DNA of 64,000 nucleotides, from IMG/VR virus record IMGVR_UViG_3300009085_000022, positions 38,177 to 102,176 of that record; one strand, written 5' to 3'. A model generated the notes under the pieces. The model ran no database searches and was not told the origin of the DNA. It saw only the letters and a list, made by a program, of their open reading frames with translations. Positions 30,772 through 38,936 of this stretch are shown here, piece after piece. Within the stretch, counting starts at the first letter, position 1. Each line of letters begins with the position of its first letter. A program made the translations under genes and the position numbers. This DNA comes from a virus.

Positions 30772-31297
30772 CAGATCACTTTTACTTAACGAGCTAAACC
30801 TAGCACATGTAGTTTTTAAATTTGCAGTATGTGATCTTATACAGGACAGAACGTGATTACTTAAAAGGTAATTGTTTTTAAAATTGCTAAACTGTCCTTA
30901 TCAGAGTTGTTTGTTTTCAATCTAATGCTCTACCAACTGAGCTATCTACCATCTTTAAGGTAGAACTGGAATCGAACCAGTGACCCATAGAACCTTGAGG
31001 ATTATTTTTAATTTGCTGAACAACTCTTATCAGGTGTCGGTTATTACTGTTTCAAAACCAAAATTTGAGAGTATATAATTTTTAATTTGCTGATGACACC
31101 TTATAACAGAATACGACTTTTTTTCTTTTAGCAGAAGAATTTTAAATTGCTGAATGTATTCTTAAAATTATGGAGATTTCTTTAAAGTTTTTGATATATA
31201 CACCATTTTACAGGTGGAAAGTATATACACCTCTTTCAATAAAGAAATTCTCCAATTTTTACATATATTTAGTATATATGTTGCTGATATCCACCTA
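30772..31297 (-). ncRNA. Tandem array of six Y-RNA-like units, four with tRNA-derived cargo
   Basis: Units 31211-31297, 31107-31163, 31031-31102, 30902-31028, 30842-30899, 30772-30838; each (A/T)AG-stem-(C/T)(A/T)GCAA ... stem'-CTG with compensatory changes. Confidence 0.8.
30914..30991 (-). ncRNA. Circularly permuted tRNA-Phe(GAA)-like domain (YrlA-like) inside array unit 4
   Basis: T arm ACTGG-TTCGATT-CCAGT precedes the D arm GCTC-AGTTGGTA-GAGC; acceptor TCTACC/GGTAGA closed by an 8-nt loop. Confidence 0.8.
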
Positions 31298-31301
31298 TTT
31301 A

Positions 31302-32978
31302 TTATATTGTTATCATTTGAATTATTTCCTGATCTAAAGCAGCATTAAATAATTCATCTGCTGTACTAGGAATTTTTGCAGATTTACCTTCTGTACCTAA
31401 TAAGAAAGTAATAACTGAACCATCAAATCCACTAAAATAAAATACATTCTTTGCCGGACCATAAGTTTCAAATTTAACTTTCTGATTACGTCCATAAAAC
31501 TCATTTCTTATATCCCAAAATACGAATTTGAAATCTTCAACAAATTTAGGAGATAATCCAGCAAACAATAAACGATGTTTAAATGCTTTTATATTAGTAG
31601 TATCATACATTTTAGTACGATCAAATTCACCATCAGATATTAATATAATACCAGTAGGAAATTCAGATTCAGGAACTCCGCTTTCATAAACTTGTACAAA
31701 TAAGTTAGCTACAGCTTCAAAATTTGTATTAGCAGATTCAACTCTATTTTCTGTAATCCAATGGTCATAAAAATTAACACCCTGTATTTTTCTTAAATAA
31801 GCAGTGGTACTAAAATCTATATAATGATTATGAAACCATCCCTGTATAAGATTACCAAAAAATATAGATAATGATTTAGCTATATGATATGAACTCATAT
31901 TAGTTCCAATAGCTATACTATTCATACTACCTGAAGTATCTTTTACAACAATAAAATTAGCATTAACTTTACCAGCTTTTTCTAATAATTGTTTATACTG
32001 AGCATTAATAGTATCAATTTGATATTTTTTAATGTTCCCAACTATTTTACTAGCTAGTTCATATACATATCCTGTAAATTTAGCAACTGGTTTAGTACTG
32101 ATCCAAGTTTCGTACTTCGCTTCAAGACCATTATTTGCTAAAAACTTAGAAGATACTAATTGACTTAAAGCTCTACCATGAATAGTATTAAAATCAATTT
32201 CTAACATACGGCCCTGACTTATTAACTGTTGCCAGGAATGAGCCGTACCAGAAACTTTTAATTTCCTATATTTAACATAGTTATAATGCTTTTCATCAGG
32301 AGTTTTACCACCAAATAATAAACTACAAATATATTTTGCAATCATATTATCAGCCTGAGACTCAACTGTTGTACATTTAGAATGTGCTTTAATTTGAGGT
32401 AAATATTTCTTTATAAGATTATTAGTATTAGGATTTTCTAATCCTACTAATATTAATCTACCAAATTTATCCCAATTTAAAACTTTACCATTCCAACCAT
32501 GAAATATTAAATCATATTGTAACATTACAATTATATCTTTCCAAGAGCCTACAGATATAAATATATGTATATTTTTCCAGAAAGAATCTTCATGATTAAT
32601 AGCTATCCAAAGCATACGAAGAATGCCTTCATGCTTTAAACCGGCTCCTTTTTGTACTTCTTTAGTTTTCAAATTGTCAAACAATGATACAATACGGGTA
32701 ATCATTCTGATATAAATAGTAAACATAATAGTTACTAAAGGATTTAACCCCCATAGAATAGCCATATCTTTCTCAATCTCTAAGTATTTACGAGGCTCTT
32801 TATATCTACCAACCTGACCAAACTGATCTACAAATTCATTTCCTGTAGAATTAAATTTCATAGCATCATTGCCTGAACGCACTTTAGCTGATTTTCTCAT
32901 ACCAGCATTTAAAAATGAATTCTTATCTGATTTAACAGATGCTGTTCCTAATAAGGAAGATTTTTTACTTTCAAACAT
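31302..32978 (-). CDS. TROVE/DUF2828-like (Ro60-related) helical protein with C-terminal vWA domain
   Basis: Helical N-domain (STGNEFVDQF, GAGLK, GSWKD, KYLP); vWA MIDAS DTSGSM, NTNF, ILISDGEFD, FWD, SGFD. Confidence 0.75.
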   Translation of the reverse strand: MFESKKSSLLGTASVKSDKNSFLNAGMRKSAKVRSGNDAMKFNSTGNEFVDQFGQVGRYKEPRKYLEIEKDMAILWGLNPLVTIMFTIYIRMITRIVSLFDNLKTKEVQKGAGLKHEGILRMLWIAINHEDSFWKNIHIFISVGSWKDIIVMLQYDLIFHGWNGKVLNWDKFGRLILVGLENPNTNNLIKKYLPQIKAHSKCTTVESQADNMIAKYICSLLFGGKTPDEKHYNYVKYRKLKVSGTAHSWQQLISQGRMLEIDFNTIHGRALSQLVSSKFLANNGLEAKYETWISTKPVAKFTGYVYELASKIVGNIKKYQIDTINAQYKQLLEKAGKVNANFIVVKDTSGSMNSIAIGTNMSSYHIAKSLSIFFGNLIQGWFHNHYIDFSTTAYLRKIQGVNFYDHWITENRVESANTNFEAVANLFVQVYESGVPESEFPTGIILISDGEFDRTKMYDTTNIKAFKHRLLFAGLSPKFVEDFKFVFWDIRNEFYGRNQKVKFETYGPAKNVFYFSGFDGSVITFLLGTEGKSAKIPSTADELFNAALDQEIIQMITI

Positions 32979-32986
32979 CTTTTTAG

Positions 32987-33259
32987 TTATTTTTTAATTA
33001 AAAAAAGTTTATTTAAATTTATACGAATACGACCAAATTTACTCCAGTCAAAATCAAATTGATTTTTTATTGGCCATTGTATAAAAAATGCTAAATATCC
33101 TACTAGATTTATAATAGGAGTAAATACAAATTTAGCTTCTAAAGATGATATTTTTTCATCTTCACATTCACCATTTTTACTATACATAAGATGAAAATAA
33201 TACCAAAATATTACCATAGGTAATATATACATAGCAAATAAGAAATATATCCAAAACAT
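32987..33259 (-). CDS. Small membrane protein
   Basis: Two hydrophobic segments; MFWI start shared with its neighbour. Confidence 0.6.
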   Translation of the reverse strand: MFWIYFLFAMYILPMVIFWYYFHLMYSKNGECEDEKISSLEAKFVFTPIINLVGYLAFFIQWPIKNQFDFDWSKFGRIRINLNKLFLIKK

Positions 33260-33261
33260 AA

Positions 33262-33462
33262 TTAACGTTTTTTATAAATAGTTTTATCCCAAAAACTTAA
33301 TTCACTTATCATAATTAGAACCCAGGTTAATATTACTAAAGGAAAAAATCCTGATAATAGTATACAACCAAAAAGTGATCCTGTGGTTATTTTATTATAT
33401 GTTAAATAAACACTAAATAAATTAACTATGATTCCAATAAAAAGGTATATAATCCAAAACAT
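33262..33462 (-). CDS. Small membrane protein
   Basis: Two hydrophobic segments. Confidence 0.6.
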   Translation of the reverse strand: MFWIIYLFIGIIVNLFSVYLTYNKITTGSLFGCILLSGFFPLVILTWVLIMISELSFWDKTIYKKR

Positions 33463-33580
33463 AATTTTAAATTTTAAAAAACCCTGTAATACCTGACTGT
33501 ATATAATAGTTTGTTGAGTATAAAAAGGATAGAATTATCCTAAAGGAAGGCTAAAGTTATTAGTATTACAGGGTTTTTGA

Positions 33581-33745
33581 TTAATTGAATTTTTTAATAC
33601 AACAATTTTTAAATTTCTTATGTGAACCACATTTACAAGGCTCATTACGATTCTGAGTTTTAGTTCTTCTAATAGGCTCACGAGTTGATGTAGCGTATAG
33701 ACTATCATGTAATCTATCTGCAGCTTTATGTAAAAGATTTTTCAT
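33581..33745 (-). CDS. 54-aa SEC-C motif protein (not in the ORF track)
   Basis: Read manually: ...QNRNEPCKCGSHKKFKNCC matches SEC-C RNxPCxCGSGKKYKxCC. Confidence 0.8.
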   Translation of the reverse strand: MKNLLHKAADRLHDSLYATSTREPIRRTKTQNRNEPCKCGSHKKFKNCCIKKFN

Positions 33746-33844
33746 TTTAAACTACTATTAGAGATATAATTATTATAATAAATAATATTATACAGAACAC
33801 AATTGTTGAATTATGTTCTTTCATCGGATTATTACAAGTTGCCA

Positions 33845-34075
33845 TCATGGTACATATAGTTCACATTCTGTACAAGATTTAGTCAAATACATATCTGTAG
33901 TATCTACATATCTACAGGCAACATTATCCTGATATATACAAGCCATAGGCATTGTATTTTCAGTTTTAGGCACATCTTTATCTAAGCCTATCTGTATAAT
34001 AGCATAGATAAATAAAATTACTCCTATTACAAACATGAATAGTAATAGAAGAAAAATAATAGCAACTATTTTCAT
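33845..34075 (-). CDS. Small membrane protein with Cys-rich tail
   Basis: N-terminal TM segment; C-terminal cysteines. Confidence 0.55.
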   Translation of the reverse strand: MKIVAIIFLLLLFMFVIGVILFIYAIIQIGLDKDVPKTENTMPMACIYQDNVACRYVDTTDMYLTKSCTECELYVP

Positions 34076-34156
34076 AAGTTTAGTTAGTTAAAAAGGGTTA
34101 TAATAAATTGTCAAAAAAAGAAATTCTATTAATAATAGTTTTATATTATAACCCTT

Positions 34157-34840
34157 TTATAAATTAGATTCAATCCATTTGTCAATACTCATAAAAGGAG
34201 TTAATTCATGTGCAATATATTTTTCTCTTTTATTAAGGATTTCAATTACCTCATTTCTTGTCCAGGAGTTTTTCAAATTCTTAATATTGATAGTATTACC
34301 TGGATTGAATTTAAGAGATAGCCTCCAATCTTCCCCACCCTGATCAAAATATCCATAGAAGTTTTTCTCATACTCAACCAGAACTTCGGTAATTATATTA
34401 TCTACGTTATATTCACTGACATATTTATCAATAAATGATTGAGGAATAGAAGGAATAATAATATCTCTTTCTTTCATAATAGTTACACCATTAGTTGTGC
34501 CTTTACTATAGTCTATTACTCTATATGGTTCTTTATCAATAACAATAGATGAATCAGTTGAAGCAATGATCTTTTTCCAATCACCATAATAACTACCCTT
34601 TTCATGACATTGGGAGATATTATTAGTTATTAAATGTAAACACCAATCACCTTCTTTAATCTCATCATCAGAAAGAATATAAAGATGCTGTGGAGTAGTT
34701 AGAATAGTTGGGATATTTAAAGGTTGATTCACAATATATTCTAATACACCCTTTTTATTTAAACAAATATCACCTTTATTTAATTTATAAGGTACTTTTT
34801 CATTAGTAGGAAGCATAACTATCTTACAACGTTTATACAT
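34157..34840 (-). CDS. Hypothetical phage protein (start likely near MYKRCK)
   Basis: QHLYILSDDEIKEGDW and KKIIASTD motifs; the shorter start removes overlap with the upstream ORF. Confidence 0.6.
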   Translation of the reverse strand: MYKRCKIVMLPTNEKVPYKLNKGDICLNKKGVLEYIVNQPLNIPTILTTPQHLYILSDDEIKEGDWCLHLITNNISQCHEKGSYYGDWKKIIASTDSSIVIDKEPYRVIDYSKGTTNGVTIMKERDIIIPSIPQSFIDKYVSEYNVDNIITEVLVEYEKNFYGYFDQGGEDWRLSLKFNPGNTINIKNLKNSWTRNEVIEILNKREKYIAHELTPFMSIDKWIESNL

Positions 34841-34844
34841 AGTT

Positions 34845-35078
34845 TTATGATTTACTTGGTTGACCAAAAAGAATTTTATTAGATATATCTTGTTTTGGTA
34901 ATTTCTCATCACCAATTAAACAACAAGAAGGAATTAATCTTTTTTTATTATCTGAACAGATGCATAAAGCTATACCAGGATCATTTGTCCAAGATTTAAA
35001 TTCAGCTGTATATTTTGTATATCCTTTTATAGACTGTACAAAAAATCCATTATATCTAAAATTTTCTACTCTATACAT
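34845..35078 (-). CDS. Hypothetical protein
   Basis: ORF with A-rich start context. Confidence 0.6.
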   Translation of the reverse strand: MYRVENFRYNGFFVQSIKGYTKYTAEFKSWTNDPGIALCICSDNKKRLIPSCCLIGDEKLPKQDISNKILFGQPSKS

Positions 35079-35095
35079 AGTTTTATTTATTAAAT

Positions 35096-35338
35096 TTAAA
35101 TAATTAAACCTCCTAAGAGATAGGCTGATACAAATAAAGACCCAACTATCACTATATAAATAAGTATAGTAAACAGATTAGCTATTCCAGTAAATATAGT
35201 TTCTATTAGATCATCTATATCTATATGATCTGAATACGGTAACCAAGTCCAATCTAATTTATAAGATAAATATCCTATTAACCAACATATAGCTAATATA
35301 ATAAATATTATTAAAGATCCTATTAATAATTGTAACAT
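35096..35338 (-). CDS. Small two-TM membrane protein
   Basis: Two hydrophobic helices. Confidence 0.6.
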   Translation of the reverse strand: MLQLLIGSLIIFIILAICWLIGYLSYKLDWTWLPYSDHIDIDDLIETIFTGIANLFTILIYIVIVGSLFVSAYLLGGLII

Positions 35339-35524
35339 AGTTATATAGTTTTAAAGTTACCAATGTTTAAGTTTACCGGGTTTGGTGTAAGCTATTGGTT
35401 TGCCAATCTTACACATATTCTCGTATTGTTTCTGAGCAATAGATAATCGTCTTATTGCTCTACGATTAGGTCTGGATACTTTTTTTGTCATGATTATATA
35501 GTTTTAAATTATTTTATATTTAAT

Positions 35525-36065
35525 TTCAGACTTATCATTAAGTAGATAAGACCGTGAACTAATTTGTTTACAGGGGGTCCTGTAGTATTAGCTATCACAT
35601 ACACAATTGCTATGTATTGGCTGTTTTTGGCTGTAGCAAGATTACATTAGGCCATTATCAGACTTTGCCCATCGTCATGGGTATTATATACTCACCATAT
35701 CAATAGGTGAGTCGCACAATTAGTTTTAGTACTGGATTTCGCTACCCACCAGTGCAGTAGTCTTCTCAATTGCCTGACTGCATTTAAATTGCCTTTGAAG
35801 ACGATGGACGATTAAACACGTTTCCAAAACTATACGACAACATATTTCTATATTGAAGGCTAATAAAGTGTCCGTATTACTACGGCTGACTGGCCACTAG
35901 TCCATTGTCTTTTATATTAGCTGCCCTTGCACACTTGCCTCTCTCTGTTTTGATATAACAGTACTATTTAGTGTGCATGATATTATCACCTTATTAGAGG
36001 TGTGAATATTAACAGGCTTAACCTACCTGATATGAGACCTCAGCTTTCTCCGAGTGGCAAGGATT
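35525..36065. ncRNA. Candidate large structured non-coding RNA
   Basis: About 540 nt with no ORF in the track, less AT-rich than flanks, more than 10 hairpins and long-range stems. Confidence 0.45.
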
Positions 36066-36261
36066 TTTTCATTCTATTGGTATTGTCATTGTAACAGTAG
36101 TTGGATATACTGTTACAGTGAAATTATCAAATTCTTCTATAAGTTCAGGAAGTAATCTTTTAAGATCATCCTGAGTCATAGTATGTATTGTACATACTTT
36201 TTTACCTATGCCTACAAAATCTCTTCTATAAGCACGAATACTATCTAAAGTAATCATTAAG

Positions 36262-36714
36262 TTATATATTAAGGATTATACCTATATCAATTGTACCTTC
36301 CCATTTAATAGGATCAAATCTTACTCCAAATGCTATTCTATGAAGCATAATTCCTGCTCCTATATCAAGACTAATTGGATTCATGGCTTTAGCTGGTAAC
36401 AGACTATATATTTTTTGATCGTATCTATTCCAGGATATACCTATAGTACTAAATGACGGATAATTACAGTTATCTGTTATAGCTATTATACCTATTTCAG
36501 CTTTATCATGCAACATATAATTATTATCATATAATGGATATTTGCCTTTTGTAAATGATCCATATATACCATAAGTAGGTTTAATCATATGATCTAAGCG
36601 AATACCAATTCCAAGATCCTGAGGTTGTAATGATAAATAAACAATATTATTTTGAGCTAATGTAGTTACATTAAATACTATAAATAATGTAACAAAACAT
36701 AGTAGATTTTTCAT
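36262..36714 (-). CDS. Secreted protein, possible small outer-membrane beta-barrel
   Basis: Signal peptide ending in AQ; alternating G/aromatic/hydrophobic strands. Confidence 0.5.
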   Translation of the reverse strand: MKNLLCFVTLFIVFNVTTLAQNNIVYLSLQPQDLGIGIRLDHMIKPTYGIYGSFTKGKYPLYDNNYMLHDKAEIGIIAITDNCNYPSFSTIGISWNRYDQKIYSLLPAKAMNPISLDIGAGIMLHRIAFGVRFDPIKWEGTIDIGIILNI

Positions 36715-37271
36715 AGTTTAAAGTTTAGGTAAATGGTTGGGTTGGAGTGCATTAAAGTCTTTTCAGATAAGTAAAGACTCCAACCTATTTCAACCAAGCA
36801 AAAAAGCGTTTAATATTCATCATTATTTATTTTTACTATATAATATGCAAATAATACCATTAAATAAGTAATTACATATGCAAGAATAAATGCAAGCCTG
36901 TTTTCTTCTGTTTCAAATACACTAATAAAAGAACCAAGTACAAATGATCTTAGAAGATAAATAACTATTAAAGTTATTATACCTATTTTTATTATAGTTT
37001 TCATAGTAGTTAGTTTTAAAAAATGTGAGCCGCATGTATATATAGACATTAATTGTCGAGATTAAAAATTTCCAGGGTTACATACGACTCACATAATATA
37101 TTTAATCATTATTTATACTTCCGCCAGTATTGTCTCACGATTTATTCCTTGCAAGGTATTAAACAGTGATAAAATTATCTACTATTCAATTGCTGTAGAT
37201 CACAATAAATGTAAAAACAATTAAACTCAAATACGTTTCATAAATAAGCTCCTCCTCAAGCTATGGCCGGT

Positions 37272-37559
37272 TTAATCTAAAGGTATTATTTTATCTGTTA
37301 AGCCAAGAAATTCTTTATATTCATTAATAATTTCAATGGCTCTTTCTTTAGTAGGACCATATAAACAGCCAGCAGGCGTTTTAGTTAGTTCATACTCAGC
37401 ACGAGTATAGTATATAAAGTATCCGTTACATCTTGGATAATATCTTTTTGATATAGCTTTATATACAATATCATATCTATTAGGAGCATGTATAAGACGA
37501 TAATACATAAATATGATAAAAGATATGACTGCAATAAAAATAATTATAAGTAGTATCAT
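37272..37559 (-). CDS. Membrane-anchored hypothetical protein
   Basis: N-terminal TM segment. Confidence 0.55.
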   Translation of the reverse strand: MILLIIIFIAVISFIIFMYYRLIHAPNRYDIVYKAISKRYYPRCNGYFIYYTRAEYELTKTPAGCLYGPTKERAIEIINEYKEFLGLTDKIIPLD

Positions 37560-37812
37560 GGTAATATTTGTTAAGGATTATTTAATAGTTAAAACCTGGA
37601 TTATGTGCCATCAAGCTGAGTTACTCTGCATTCACTGCAGTTCTATCAACCATATATGCACTCATATATATTTTAAATTATATGACTTATGAGTAGTTAT
37701 CTCACTGTTTCATCCAGGGTTTATAATCATCATGCTACATCTCACTTGCGTGATCTAATGCTAAGTGCAGAGACAATGTAGTCCTAGTCTTTCTGCTTTC
37801 TAATGATATAAT

Positions 37813-37845
37813 TAAGGAGCTGAGTGTTTTAAGTTCAGCTCCTTA
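37813..37845. terminator. Strong hairpin (terminator or processing site)
   Basis: TAAGGAGCTGA...TCAGCTCCTTA inverted repeat directly after ORF 37848-38078. Confidence 0.6.
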
Positions 37846-37847
37846 TG

Positions 37848-38078
37848 TTATAATTTAATATTTCTTCCAAATAATATTCCAAGATAAAATAAATCACTAT
37901 CTGATATTCTATCTTCATCAGTATCAGTAATTTGAAGACGAATTTCACGATCAAAATTACTTTTTGAGACCATAAATGCTTTTACTATTGCTGGATCAAT
38001 TTTATTTAATGCATCAATAGCCGGCTGAATTTGCTGATCTAACAATATTGCAGGTACAGCATAAATTATTTCTCTCAT
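37848..38078 (-). CDS. Hypothetical early protein
   Basis: ORF followed by a hairpin. Confidence 0.6.
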   Translation of the reverse strand: MREIIYAVPAILLDQQIQPAIDALNKIDPAIVKAFMVSKSNFDREIRLQITDTDEDRISDSDLFYLGILFGRNIKL

Positions 38079-38220
38079 TTAGGTTATATTATTAGATTAA
38101 TAAACAAATTGAATGATGATGAAAAGAGTGAAAGAGTAGGTTAGTGTGTCTACCTCTTCATACTCAACCACTTACAGCATTGTAAGACCCTCTATTCTAA
38201 AGGTGAATGACCTATGAAAG

Positions 38221-38246
38221 TAGCTATTAGTAGCTATTAGTAGCTA
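38221..38246. repeat. Tandem 10-bp repeat TAGCTATTAG x2.6
   Basis: tagctattag tagctattag tagcta. Confidence 0.85.
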
Positions 38247-38349
38247 AAGTAAGACTAGTTAACCAAGAAACAAAGGTAATGACAATGAGAGTGGTGACTG
38301 TGATGATGATGTCACAGAAACCATAGCTCTCATTGTAATAAAGGAAGGA

Positions 38350-38628
38350 TTACTTCCTTCCAAGTCCTTTCCTGTCGAAGGGCTTCCTGACCGAGATAAA
38401 CTCACCGCTTGCGGAGAGTCTGCTATTGCCTGTAAGGCAATTCTCGTCATCGAGCTCAAGCTCGTCTGCACAATTGAAAATCTGTGCAGTACCAGTGTTG
38501 GTGACTTCACCATCACGGTCGATTTCTTCATAATCGATCAATCCAGTCTGCTCGTCAGTACTGGTAGGAGTCCAACTGGTAAGGCGGACTTTCTTTGAGC
38601 CGAATGCGGCTCTTAATCCTTTTTGCAT
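38350..38628 (-). CDS. First gene of the minus-strand (early) block, hypothetical
   Basis: 92-aa ORF, less AT-rich than the genome. Confidence 0.6.
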   Translation of the reverse strand: MQKGLRAAFGSKKVRLTSWTPTSTDEQTGLIDYEEIDRDGEVTNTGTAQIFNCADELELDDENCLTGNSRLSASGEFISVRKPFDRKGLGRK

Positions 38629-38879
38629 AGCATAAAAGTTAAATTTGACATAGAAAAATTTAGACAGTGGGGATACTACCCACTCACGAATGTGGGCGGG
38701 GTGTTGGTTGGAAGAGACCTACACTCTCTCTATACCTACCAATAATATTATTATACACGCTCTCTCTACTGTAATAAATACTCTATAAACTACACACTCT
38801 CTATATCTCCCATTAGACCTAGGGGGATATCACCAATTTCATAAAAAGTACCCCCGGCTTAAAAATAAGTACTTAAAAA

Positions 38880-38911
38880 TTTGGTAGTCTCAATAATAGT
38901 ACTTAACTTTG
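38880..38911 (+). promoter_or_regulatory. Bacteroidota-type sigma promoter starting the plus-strand block
   Basis: TTTG-N20-TAACTTTG. Confidence 0.82.
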
Positions 38912-38936
38912 CAGAATTAATTTATATATATAATAT

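Noticed and set aside
30772-30838. Anticodon stem-loop in the last array unit
   Set aside because: Only GCTA-GGTT-TAGC or a weak 7-nt loop lacking U33 can be drawn, so no anticodon was assigned.
30914-30991. Ordinary tRNA-Phe gene
   Set aside because: The halves are in reversed order and the acceptor end is closed by a loop; reported as a permuted tRNA-like domain instead.
30772-31297. CRISPR array interpretation of the repeat-plus-variable-insert pattern
   Set aside because: The repeats are not identical direct repeats: each unit has its own complementary terminal stem, unit lengths vary from 57 to 127 nt, and no cas genes are present.
34073-37020. Repeated TAAAACTAT-like motif before early genes as a special promoter
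   Set aside because: It sits directly before ATG and is explained by A-rich Bacteroidota translation-initiation regions.
38259-38531. 90-aa Ser-rich ORF
   Set aside because: It overlaps the more protein-like 38350-38628 ORF in another frame and is low-complexity.
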